From assembly GCA_900315245.1 (NCBI GenBank), contig OMYJ01000002.1:57864-121863 (forward strand): 64,000 bases of DNA, written 5' to 3'. Numbering within the stretch: the first letter of the stretch is position 1; the number at the start of each line of letters is the position of its first letter. This DNA is from an uncultured Bacteroidales bacterium. Its GTDB lineage: Bacteria; Bacteroidota; Bacteroidia; Bacteroidales; WCHB1-69. The translations under genes and the position numbers were made by a program. Positions 45,193-53,394 of the stretch are shown in pieces. The notes below the pieces were generated by a model. That model made no database searches, was not told the origin of the DNA, and was given only the letters and a program-made list of their open reading frames with translations.

Positions 45193-46493
45193 TTCTTCAG
45201 GCGGTTGAGCAGGTTGTTGGATCCGCGCCGGGGTCTGCCGGTTTCATCCTCCTTTAACGGGTTTTGCAACGGTGTTTCAAAGGGGGTGAAACTGTGCGCC
45301 ATGCGCAGCTCTTCCTTCAGCTCCTCGTAGTTGTCGGGCTTGGGGATGTCGAACTCCTCGTAGATGTAGTCGTCAGCGATGGGCAGCTTGTCGCTGATGG
45401 AGTTGAGCACGTCCCATTTGGTCTTCAGCTCGTTCCAGTCCTTGTCCGGGGACTGGTACCAAATGACGCCGCCGGTGACGTTGATGCCGAAGCGTTTGAG
45501 GATGGCGCGGAACCGGGTGTTGAGGATGGCCAAGATGAAACGTTTGTCGCTCTCGGTCTTCTCGTCTTCCACCTCCTTGTGGATTTCGCCCAAGGAGCGT
45601 GCGCCACGGTCGCCCTGTTCGGTGGTGAGGGTGTTGCCGAGGATAATCTTGGAGATGGAGGCGTCGCAGGCCTGGATGAGGCGGTCATACACCTCATTGC
45701 TGCCGGTGCTGCCGCCGGTCTCGTGGATCTTCAGCTCGGTGCTGCGCGGGTGGATGCTGTAGCCGGAACTGCCCCACTCCTGAAGCCCCTGTTCCAGTTT
45801 GGCGCGGGTGGCCTCGTCATAGTCGTCGTAGATCAGTTCGCGGAAGGGCATCCCGAACATCTCGGCAAACTGGCTCCAGTCGCCGAAACCGCCGCGTTTG
45901 TAGATGACGTACTGCGCCGCCTTCACAAACAGCCCTTTGTCGGTGGGGTCGCCCGCCCACAGCATATAGTTGGCCAAGGGGAGTTCCCTGTACAGCCAGT
46001 CTTTCGACACCAATGACTGCTGGCGGCTCACGCACTCGAATCCCTCCTCCGGATGCACGTGCTTGCGGGGTATGAGGTCGTAGTCGATCTTGTAGGTCTC
46101 CTCGTCCTCGTCGTACCACACATTGTTCACCTGGATGAGCGTGTAGCCCCAGGCGATGCTGTTGTGCAGGTCGCGGATAAGCAGGCGCATATCGGGCGAG
46201 TTGAGCAGGGAGGAGATTTCCTCGTCCTCCACGCCGTCGCGCACGAACACCAGCTCTTTGTTGAGCACCGCGTCCTGGCGTTTGCCCCAGGTGGCCTCGA
46301 TCTGCCCGTCGAGCAGGATGTCGTCGTAGAGGTCATATAGGTAGGTGCGGTTGGGATTGGTGATGTTCTCGAACGCCCGGATGGCGTTCTTCCAGTTCTC
46401 AATGTCCTGCGTGTTGTGCGGGGCGTTGTGGATCTGGATGTTCTGCACTATGATGTTGTCGGGGGTCTTCCCCTGTTTTCTTTTTACAGCCAT
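45180..46493 (-). CDS. portal protein (Mu gp29 / DUF935 family)
   Basis: 437 aa. IENWKNAIRAFENITNPNR..LYDLYDD.LLDG.I....KR resembles the DUF935 N-terminus. The gene follows the terminase. Confidence 0.8.
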   Translation of the reverse strand: MAVKRKQGKTPDNIIVQNIQIHNAPHNTQDIENWKNAIRAFENITNPNRTYLYDLYDDILLDGQIEATWGKRQDAVLNKELVFVRDGVEDEEISSLLNSPDMRLLIRDLHNSIAWGYTLIQVNNVWYDEDEETYKIDYDLIPRKHVHPEEGFECVSRQQSLVSKDWLYRELPLANYMLWAGDPTDKGLFVKAAQYVIYKRGGFGDWSQFAEMFGMPFRELIYDDYDEATRAKLEQGLQEWGSSGYSIHPRSTELKIHETGGSTGSNEVYDRLIQACDASISKIILGNTLTTEQGDRGARSLGEIHKEVEDEKTESDKRFILAILNTRFRAILKRFGINVTGGVIWYQSPDKDWNELKTKWDVLNSISDKLPIADDYIYEEFDIPKPDNYEELKEELRMAHSFTPFETPLQNPLKEDETGRPRRGSNNLLNRLKNFFF

Positions 46494-46496
46494 GGG

Positions 46497-46910
46497 TCAG
46501 TATTGGTTTTTGCGTTTGCGGTTGCCTCCGAAGGAGACGTAGGAGGAAGTTCCTGTGGGTCCGGTGAGGCGGGTCAGCCCGTCGATGGAGGCCCGCTCGG
46601 CCTGCACCTCCTTGAGGTAGCGGATGGCGTTGTTATAGGCCGTGACGCGGCTTTCGGGCATCGACACAGGACTGGCGATGCAGAAGCAGTTGTAGAGGGC
46701 GATGTCCCTCACGAGCTTCACCACCATGGGCAGGCGGCTGTCGCCGGTCTTGGCGAACTCGGCGCGGATGTCGTAGCGGGCGGTGAGATAGCTCTCCACT
46801 TCGGACTGCGCCTCGACGATAGCCTGGTTCATATTTTCAACATTACGGGCCACCACGGCGATATGTTCGCCGCGTGCGCCTCTTTCGAGGTCTTCGGGTT
46901 GCAGATACAT
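46497..46910 (-). CDS. DUF1320 (Mu gp36-like) head-associated protein
   Basis: Start at MYLQPEDLERG. ...A..EVESYL..RYD......P..V....DIALY.L pattern. Confidence 0.65.
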   Translation of the reverse strand: MYLQPEDLERGARGEHIAVVARNVENMNQAIVEAQSEVESYLTARYDIRAEFAKTGDSRLPMVVKLVRDIALYNCFCIASPVSMPESRVTAYNNAIRYLKEVQAERASIDGLTRLTGPTGTSSYVSFGGNRKRKNQY

Positions 46911-46914
46911 GTCG

Positions 46915-47160
46915 CTAATCGTTTTTGGGTTTCGTGTAATAGAGGCACACACGGGTCAGCTCCACGCTGTCCCTAAGCCTTTTGTGCAGAATGCCCTCCC
47001 TGATAAGCAGGTTGATACGAAAGCGGTCGTACACCCTGATCTTTCCGAACACTTGTATAACATAGTGGCGCTTGCCGGTCAACTTTTGCATCCTGTCTGC
47101 ATGACGGATGGCGTTGCGTACCTGAAGATACCTGATAAGTCGTTTGCATAATTCAATCAT
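46915..47160 (-). CDS. hypothetical small basic protein
   Basis: ORF between TerL and the gp36-like gene. ATG 47160 preferred. Confidence 0.4.
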   Translation of the reverse strand: MIELCKRLIRYLQVRNAIRHADRMQKLTGKRHYVIQVFGKIRVYDRFRINLLIREGILHKRLRDSVELTRVCLYYTKPKND

Positions 47161-47182
47161 TTTTTTGGTGAAACATTTAAGG

Positions 47183-48718
47183 TTAAACACGTCGTTTATT
47201 GCGTGGGCGTCTGCCCATAGTCAGCATTTCTCCAGACCGCTCCAGCGCTTTCTGCCCGGCCACGAACACTGCGCCCTCCACGCTGTCGGGTCCGTCGGCT
47301 GGGGCTTTGAGCTGCGGGCTCACAAGCAGGAACTGTTCGGCCAGCCGCTCCATGTGCGGATTGCCCCGCTTCGCCTCGTTGAACACAAGGCGGCATTCCC
47401 GGTTGAGGGGTTCCAGGTTGCCTTCTATGCGGTCGTATTTGTCCGGCTTGCTGCGGGTGTCGGGCACCATGTTCAGATAGTAGCCCTTCTCCTTCGCCTT
47501 GGTTGCGAACAAGGGTTTGAAAACCTGCTCGTAGAAAGGATCCTGAAGGGTGTTGTTCTCCACGTAGTTGTAGAGCTGCGCGGTGGTGTTGCCGAAACCC
47601 TCGTTGATGTCGTAGAACCAGTCCACGAACTCGGCGTTGGTGGCGTGGTCGAGGCGGCAGTCCAGAATGTAATAGGTGCCGTCGAGCAGCCCCACGGCGC
47701 TGATTGCCTTCATGGAGCCGGCCTTGTTTTTGGAATTGGAGGGCGAGGGGTCGCCGTAGATGATGATGTACCGGAAACGGTTGGTCTTGGGAACCTTTCC
47801 CCACGTGAGCTCCTTGAACACGTCACCCTCTGACAGCGGGTTGTTGTAGTATTCCTGCTGTTTGGCGCGGGTGCTGATTTTGGAGAGGATGAAGTCGATA
47901 TCCTCCTCGCTGTTCTTGCTCCAGGATGACTTCCCGTTTTTGTCGCGGATGTTCACGATGTCGAATTTGTCGGCGGCCTTGCCGGCGCGGGCGATGCAGC
48001 AGTCTTTGGCGATGATGTTGCCGTTGAACAGGATCCGGACATCGCCGGACACGGAGACGGTGGGGATGAGCGCCTGTTCAATCCAGTCCCACTTCTGCTT
48101 TATGCGGTCGGGGTTGCGGCACTCCTCGTCGGTGTCAATATCGTCGATGAGGATGAAATCGGGACGGGCGGCCTCGTTGCGGGTGCCACGGGGCGACTGT
48201 CCCGCGCCCAAGGCACGGAACGAGCAGCCGCATTTGGCGATGAACTCACCGTCCTCCCAGTGCCCTTCCACCTTCTGCTCGCCGTAGTCGTTGATGATGC
48301 GCAGGTTCTTCTCCAACTGCATCCTGAACGGCAGCATCAGGCGGCAGGCGTTGTCGTAGCTGTTGGACACCAGCAGGAAGTTGCGGATCCTGCCGGTGAG
48401 GGCCAGGTAGAGCACCTCGAACATGGAACGCGCCGACTTGGCCAACTCGCGGCTCCACGCCCGCACCTCGTACCAGCGTCGGTGCGCGAACAGGCGTTTG
48501 GTGGCCGCAATGTGGAACGGCGCGGGTTCGGCGGTGCAGTATTTCGGGAAATAGTATTTGAACCACTCCTCCGGATTGGCTTCAAGATGCGCGATGCGTT
48601 TCTGTCGCTCTATCTCGCTCTCGGAGCTGTCAACCTCCACATCGGAGATGAACTGGCTGTAGTATTCCTCCCAGTCCTTGAGCAGCTGCTTGTCCGTAGG
48701 TTTGCGTATCTTGGCCAT
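47183..48718 (-). CDS. terminase large subunit
   Basis: Start at MAKIRKPTDKQLL (ATG 48718). Walker-like region, then nuclease-domain acidic motifs (ILIDDIDTDEE...). 511 aa. Confidence 0.8.
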   Translation of the reverse strand: MAKIRKPTDKQLLKDWEEYYSQFISDVEVDSSESEIERQKRIAHLEANPEEWFKYYFPKYCTAEPAPFHIAATKRLFAHRRWYEVRAWSRELAKSARSMFEVLYLALTGRIRNFLLVSNSYDNACRLMLPFRMQLEKNLRIINDYGEQKVEGHWEDGEFIAKCGCSFRALGAGQSPRGTRNEAARPDFILIDDIDTDEECRNPDRIKQKWDWIEQALIPTVSVSGDVRILFNGNIIAKDCCIARAGKAADKFDIVNIRDKNGKSSWSKNSEEDIDFILSKISTRAKQQEYYNNPLSEGDVFKELTWGKVPKTNRFRYIIIYGDPSPSNSKNKAGSMKAISAVGLLDGTYYILDCRLDHATNAEFVDWFYDINEGFGNTTAQLYNYVENNTLQDPFYEQVFKPLFATKAKEKGYYLNMVPDTRSKPDKYDRIEGNLEPLNRECRLVFNEAKRGNPHMERLAEQFLLVSPQLKAPADGPDSVEGAVFVAGQKALERSGEMLTMGRRPRNKRRV

Positions 48719-48719
48719 A

Positions 48720-49169
48720 TCAGAGACAGGATTTGATGTAGGCGTTGAAGAGGCGCGCCACCTCCTTGCTGGTGTCGAACCCGGAGGTCTTGCGCACGAA
48801 GGAGAGGAACTCCTTGCCGGTGGCCATCTTCTCGGCGATGTTGGTTTCGGTTTCAAGATTCTTGATGGCGGTGGTGATCTTGACAATGGTGTCCGCCTCC
48901 TTGGATCCGGCAAAGTTCTCGCCTTCCTCGCGCCCCTCGATGGCGTCGTTGAGGCGCTTGAGCTGCCCGTAGAGCCGTGCGAGCTGCACATCCTTGCCAA
49001 CCAGCAGCGAGGTCTGCAACTCCTCCCACTTGCCCTCTTTCACCCATTTGCATACGGTCACCTTGCTCACTCCCACACGCTCGGCAATCTCGGCCTGGGT
49101 TATACTTGAATCGTTCAAGTATAACTGGCGGGCGTAGTCCTTTTTCTGTTCTCTTGTCAGTTCTGCCAT
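48720..49169 (-). CDS. terminase small subunit (HTH, Mu gp27/DUF1804-like)
   Basis: Start at MAELTREQKKDYARQLYL. HTH ITQAEIAERVGVSKVTVCKWVKEGKW. Abuts the TerL start. Confidence 0.65.
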   Translation of the reverse strand: MAELTREQKKDYARQLYLNDSSITQAEIAERVGVSKVTVCKWVKEGKWEELQTSLLVGKDVQLARLYGQLKRLNDAIEGREEGENFAGSKEADTIVKITTAIKNLETETNIAEKMATGKEFLSFVRKTSGFDTSKEVARLFNAYIKSCL

Positions 49170-49192
49170 AATTCCGTCTTGAAAAATCACGG

Positions 49193-49200
49193 CAAAAATA
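49193..49200 (-). promoter_or_regulatory. -7 box (minus strand TATTTTTG) for packaging block
   Basis: Minus strand gctatttttgccgtg, 24 nt upstream of ATG 49169. Confidence 0.55.
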
Positions 49201-49294
49201 GCGTGTAAACACAATGGAAGTTGTGAATGTGGCAATGGGATATATGGCTATATTGTTGATAGATACAAAATAAAAATATGTCGCGGGAGGGCTG

Positions 49295-49302
49295 TATTTT
49301 TG
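49295..49302 (+). promoter_or_regulatory. -7 box within TGTATTTTTGCCGC for head/tail operon
   Basis: TATTTTTG, 56 nt upstream of ATG 49358. Confidence 0.55.
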
Positions 49303-49357
49303 CCGCCTGATTCAATGTAAACCCAAAAAAGATTTGACATGAAAAAGTAAAAAAGGA

Positions 49358-50470
49358 ATGGCAAAGCAGAGTAAAACAGCAAAGAGGAACGAGGGTTTCG
49401 AGATGTATCTTTACGGCATCATCGGACGCGGGCTGGACATCGACACCAACGTGCTGATCGCCACCATCGAGTCGAAGCGGAAAGAGGGTGTGCGCTCGTT
49501 CACATTTTACGTGAACAGCGACGGAGGAGAGGTGGCGCAGGGCGCAGCCCTGTTCAACTACTTGGACCGCACGGACGTGGACATCACCTGGGTGGTGGAC
49601 GGCATAGCGGCCTCGATGATGGCCGCGCTGATCACCAACCCGAAACACCATGTGAAGGCCGCCCGCCACGCCAAGTTCATGTACCACCGCGTGAGCGGCT
49701 ACGTGTATGGCAACAGCGACGAGACCAGAGCCGCCGCCGATATGATGGACAGCTTCGAAAAGACGCTCATCGAGATGATAGCTCTCCGCACCTGTAAGAG
49801 TGCCGAAGAGATTCGCAATCTCTATTTTGACGGCGTGGACCACTGGCTGAGCGCGGAGGAGGCGGTGCAAGCCCGTTTGTGCGACGAGATCATACAGACC
49901 AATATGAACATAAAGGAGTTGGAGAACGTTACGGATGCCCGCAGCGCCTTCAACTACTACAATAACCAAATTATTAACTTAAAACAGCAAAAGATGGATG
50001 AAAAAGCATTTGCCGCCGCACTGAACATCAGCGAGACCTCCACGGAGGCCGAAATGCTGAATAGTGTGCGCGGTGTGGTGAATGAGAGAAACACCCTCCG
50101 CCAGCAGCTGCAAACCGAGAAGGACAAGGTTTCCAATCTGGAGAACCGCCTTCAGGAGTTTGAGCGCGGCAAGGTGAAGAATCTCATCGACTCGGCCATT
50201 GCGGACAAGCGCATCGGCGAGGACGACCGCGAGGCCTACACCAAGTTGGCCGAACAGGACTACGAGAACACCGAGAAAATCCTGAACAGGATGAAACCGG
50301 TGACGCGCGTGAAGGACAGTCTGGAGACAGGCGCGACCCCGAAAGAGGAGGAAGGATGGGACTGGGACAAGTACCACCGCTCCGGTAAGTTGGAAAACCT
50401 CAAAAAGAACAACCCCGGCCGCTATGCCGAGCTTTACAAGGCGAAGTTCGGATGCGACCCCAAAAACTAA
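49358..50470 (+). CDS. ClpP-like (S14) prohead protease fused to coiled-coil scaffold domain
   Basis: FYVNSDGGEV..GAALFNYL...VDGIAASMMAAL...H.VSG. The C-terminal 170 aa are coiled-coil. Confidence 0.8.
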   Translation: MAKQSKTAKRNEGFEMYLYGIIGRGLDIDTNVLIATIESKRKEGVRSFTFYVNSDGGEVAQGAALFNYLDRTDVDITWVVDGIAASMMAALITNPKHHVKAARHAKFMYHRVSGYVYGNSDETRAAADMMDSFEKTLIEMIALRTCKSAEEIRNLYFDGVDHWLSAEEAVQARLCDEIIQTNMNIKELENVTDARSAFNYYNNQIINLKQQKMDEKAFAAALNISETSTEAEMLNSVRGVVNERNTLRQQLQTEKDKVSNLENRLQEFERGKVKNLIDSAIADKRIGEDDREAYTKLAEQDYENTEKILNRMKPVTRVKDSLETGATPKEEEGWDWDKYHRSGKLENLKKNNPGRYAELYKAKFGCDPKN

Positions 50471-50475
50471 GCATT

Positions 50476-50871
50476 ATGTCGTATATCAGAAAAGAGACCA
50501 ACGCAAGTTACAACTTTGTGGCGCCCAACATTGAAAAAGACGCCGACAAAAAGGTGGAGGTAGTATTCCCCACCGCAGAGTTAGTGGAACCCACCCTCAG
50601 CTCCAACGCCGCAGAGGTGAAAGTGGAACGCGACACCACCATTGTTGACCTTGGCACGCTTGAAGCGGCGGCCACCCTGACCCTCACCCCCGGCAACAGC
50701 CTGAACATCGGTGCAAAAGTGGTGGTGAAGGCCGCCAGCGACGGCACCGCCCGCGCTGTGACCGTGAAACAGGACGCATCCACCACGGTGGACACCATCA
50801 GCGGCACCGCCAGCACCACCAAGGCGAAACAATATATGTGGACCGGATCCGCATGGATTGCTATCAGTTAA
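50476..50871 (+). CDS. hypothetical head protein (decoration-like by position)
   Basis: Start at MSYIRKETN; 131 aa, Ala/Thr/Val-rich. Sits between the protease and the capsid gene. Confidence 0.5.
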   Translation: MSYIRKETNASYNFVAPNIEKDADKKVEVVFPTAELVEPTLSSNAAEVKVERDTTIVDLGTLEAAATLTLTPGNSLNIGAKVVVKAASDGTARAVTVKQDASTTVDTISGTASTTKAKQYMWTGSAWIAIS

Positions 50872-50889
50872 CAACCAAAACCGAAAGAA

Positions 50890-52011
50890 ATGAAAAAAGG
50901 ATTGAGATTCATTATGAGTATGCTCATGGCACTTACGTTGTCATGTGTTGTGGGGGCGGCCACCGCTCCCGCTATCGGCGCAGCCACCTTCGTGGCCGCC
51001 AACCTGGTGCATGTTCCCGCCGGTTCCCTGGGAATGGCCGTCACTCCGGAAATCTGGACTGACTATATCATCGGAAACCTTTTCAAGACCAACGAGTTTC
51101 TCTTGCACTCCGTCGATGAGTCGCAGTATGTGATCGGGGGAACGGTGGTGCATATTCCGCAGGCGGGCTCGCCCAGCGGTGTGCAGCGCAACAGATCCTC
51201 GCTACCGGCAACCATCACGCGCAGAAAGGACGTGGACATCACTTACGCATTGGATGAGTTCACCACCGACCCGCGCTTTATCCCGTATGCCGACAAAGTG
51301 GAGTTGAGCTATGACAAGATGGACAGCTGCATGACCGAGGATATGACATACCTGCACCAGCTGACCGCCGAAGCCATGCTCTACAACTGGCGACCCACCT
51401 TCTTCATCAAGGCCACCGGCACCAAGGATGCCAAAAACACCATCCACGGTTCCAACTTGAGAACCGGCGTGACGGTGGAGGATTTCGCCAAAGCCAAGGT
51501 TATCTTCAACAAATGGGGCATCCCCAAGGACAGCAGGTATGTGCTTCTGAACACCGAGATGTACGAGCAGCTCTGCTCTGACATCCGCAACTCGCAGAAC
51601 GAGAATCTGAGCGCGATCTACGACAATGTGACCGGCGAGCTGCGCAAGCTCGAAGGGTTCACCATCGAGCAACGCGCCACCGCATTGCTGGCTTCCAACT
51701 CCACCCTGACCGCCGTGACCGGCAACAAGTATTTCAGATGGACCGGCAACGACCTCACCTATACCGTGGAGGACTACGAGGCCATTGAGCGAGGTGAGAA
51801 GCAGGAGGGTACGACCGACTGTTGCTACGGTCTGTTCTGGCATCCGTCGTGTGTGGCCCGCGCCATGGGTTCCACGCAGATGTTCAGCAAGGAGGGCGAC
51901 CCCACCTATTACGGCGACATTTATAGCTTCCTGCAGCGCCTGGGCGGCCGTGCCCGCAGAGGCGACAGCAAGGGTGTGCTTGGATTGATCCAGGAATACC
52001 ACGCAAGCTAA
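50890..52011 (+). CDS. major capsid protein (HK97-fold type)
   Basis: 373 aa. EIWTDYIIGNLFKTNEFLLHSVDES.YV.GG.VVHIPQAG...V..NR...P....R.D.DITY.LDEFTTDP..I...D..ELSYDK. Confidence 0.8.
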   Translation: MKKGLRFIMSMLMALTLSCVVGAATAPAIGAATFVAANLVHVPAGSLGMAVTPEIWTDYIIGNLFKTNEFLLHSVDESQYVIGGTVVHIPQAGSPSGVQRNRSSLPATITRRKDVDITYALDEFTTDPRFIPYADKVELSYDKMDSCMTEDMTYLHQLTAEAMLYNWRPTFFIKATGTKDAKNTIHGSNLRTGVTVEDFAKAKVIFNKWGIPKDSRYVLLNTEMYEQLCSDIRNSQNENLSAIYDNVTGELRKLEGFTIEQRATALLASNSTLTAVTGNKYFRWTGNDLTYTVEDYEAIERGEKQEGTTDCCYGLFWHPSCVARAMGSTQMFSKEGDPTYYGDIYSFLQRLGGRARRGDSKGVLGLIQEYHAS

Positions 52012-52032
52012 CAACCAATAACCACGCATATC

Positions 52033-52446
52033 ATGCCGACACCAAGAGGAATACGGAACAACAACCCGCTGAACATCCGGCACAGCCGGGACCGCTTCCA
52101 GGGCGAAGTGGTCCCGAGCCGTGACGGGGCGTTCAAGCAGTTCAGCAGCATGGCTTACGGCTACCGTGCCGCGTTCGTGACACTGGCCACCTACCTGGCC
52201 CACGGACGCAACACGGTGGAGAAGATTATCCGTGCGTGGGCGCCTCCCACAGAGAACAACACCGAGGGCTACATCGCCCACGTGGTGCAACGCAGTGGCG
52301 TGGGACGCAACAAGGTGCTCACGGCGGAATCCGGCGGCGACTACCGCAAGATAGTCGCTGCCATGAGCCACTGCGAGAACGGCATCCCGGCTAACATGGC
52401 CGACGTGGAGGCGGGGTTCCGGATGCAGAGCAAAATTAGAAATTAG
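52033..52446 (+). CDS. conserved phage protein with RNNNPLNIR motif (possible virion or cell-wall-active protein)
   Basis: 137 aa. GIRNNNPLNIRHS...F.G......F..F....YGYRA....L..Y...G.NT...II..WAP..EN.T..Y. Confidence 0.55.
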   Translation: MPTPRGIRNNNPLNIRHSRDRFQGEVVPSRDGAFKQFSSMAYGYRAAFVTLATYLAHGRNTVEKIIRAWAPPTENNTEGYIAHVVQRSGVGRNKVLTAESGGDYRKIVAAMSHCENGIPANMADVEAGFRMQSKIRN

Positions 52447-52465
52447 TAATTAGAAATTAGTAATT
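52433..52465. repeat. tandem word repeat (TTAGAAATTAGTAA x2) spanning stop and next start
   Basis: aaaattagaaattagtaattagaaattagtaatt followed by ATG. Confidence 0.85.
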
Positions 52466-52816
52466 ATGTGGGAGATGATTTTCACTTCGCTGGGAGGCAC
52501 GTTCCTGGGTACGTTCTTCGGCTGGTTCTTCGGCCGGAAACGCCAGAACATCGACACCATCGACGCGGCTGTGGAGACCTGGAAGAAGATCGTGGACTCG
52601 CTGCAGGAGCAGATCGACCGCCTGTTGGAGCAAAGAGCCTCCGACGCGGCCAAGATAGAGTCGCTGTCTGAACAGGTGAAGCAGCAGAACGCGCACATCG
52701 AGGAGCTGAAGGAACAGGTTTCATCGATGGAGCTGAAGGTGAAGAGTGTGAACCATCTGGAGAAGACCATCGCCCGCTACGAGAAACTGTTGGACGCTAA
52801 CGGAATCGAATATTAA
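52466..52816 (+). CDS. N-terminal TM + coiled-coil protein (holin/spanin-like by architecture)
   Basis: MWEMIFTSLGGTFLGTFFGWFFG, then a heptad-rich helix; 116 aa. Confidence 0.5.
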   Translation: MWEMIFTSLGGTFLGTFFGWFFGRKRQNIDTIDAAVETWKKIVDSLQEQIDRLLEQRASDAAKIESLSEQVKQQNAHIEELKEQVSSMELKVKSVNHLEKTIARYEKLLDANGIEY

Positions 52817-52845
52817 ACCCCTTTTGTTAAGATTGGCCCCGACGG

Positions 52846-52875
52846 TGTAGAGACGTGCCATGGCGCGTCTCTACA
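52846..52875. repeat. 30-nt palindrome TGTAGAGACGTGCCATGGCGCGTCTCTACA
   Basis: Intergenic. The outer 10-bp arms are identical to copy 40708, and the core is identical to copy 55125. Confidence 0.9.
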
Positions 52876-52895
52876 AGCCGGAGGGAAATGACAAG

Positions 52896-53201
52896 ATGAT
52901 GATAAAAATGTGGAAATGGATTGTGTGGGTTGTGCTCATAGCGGCGACGGCGGTGGCATCCACGGCGGCGGCCCTTGAGGGGAACCACCGACGGTCACTT
53001 GAAAAACAGGTGAAAGAGCAGTCGGTGGTGATCGACAGCCTTCTGAGCCGCGACCAGCCGATGTTGGACGTGAAGCTGTATGTGACCGATAAATCCAGGA
53101 ACACCATCTACGGCCGTTACAACAAGGGGAATATCTGGATGCCGCAGGAACGGCGTTACATCCTGGAAGTGGATAGCATGAACATGAGAGTCAGGAATTA
53201 A
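52896..53201 (+). CDS. membrane-anchored hypothetical protein
   Basis: Start at MMIKMWKWIVWVVLIAATAVAS. The upstream ATG at 52860 lies inside the palindrome. Confidence 0.5.
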   Translation: MMIKMWKWIVWVVLIAATAVASTAAALEGNHRRSLEKQVKEQSVVIDSLLSRDQPMLDVKLYVTDKSRNTIYGRYNKGNIWMPQERRYILEVDSMNMRVRN

Positions 53202-53229
53202 CGATTTGCGATTATAAGATTTTAGAATT

Positions 53230-53394
53230 ATGGACCCCAACAACAAAAACAGCAAGCCGGTGAAAAAGGCAGCGGGAGGTGTGGCCTACCCGATGCTGAA
53301 AGACGGAAAGTGGTTCTGCTCTGACGGGCAGTATTTCACAGATGCCTATTTTGCCCGGATGCACGAAAAACAAATCAAAACCAAACAGTCATGA
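53230..53394 (+). CDS. small hypothetical protein (54 aa, below ORF-track cutoff)
   Basis: MDPNNKNSKPVKKAAGGVAYPMLKDGKWFCSDGQYFTDAYFARMHEKQIKTKQS. ATGA overlap with the sheath-like gene. Confidence 0.4.
   Translation: MDPNNKNSKPVKKAAGGVAYPMLKDGKWFCSDGQYFTDAYFARMHEKQIKTKQS

Noticed and set aside
47183-49000. 94-aa N-terminal extension of the terminase large-subunit ORF (MARMCSSHGSTGSSSASTTPSRG...).
   Set aside because: The extension is Pro/Ser/Arg-rich and overlaps the TerS gene in another frame. A good ATG (MAKIRKPTDKQLL) abuts the TerS stop at 48718.
52860-52895. ATG at 52860 (MARLYKPEGNDK...) as the start of the membrane-protein gene.
   Set aside because: This ATG is the CCATGG centre of the 30-nt palindrome, and the same motif at 55138 starts nothing. 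The MMIKMWKW start at 52896 directly precedes the TM segment.
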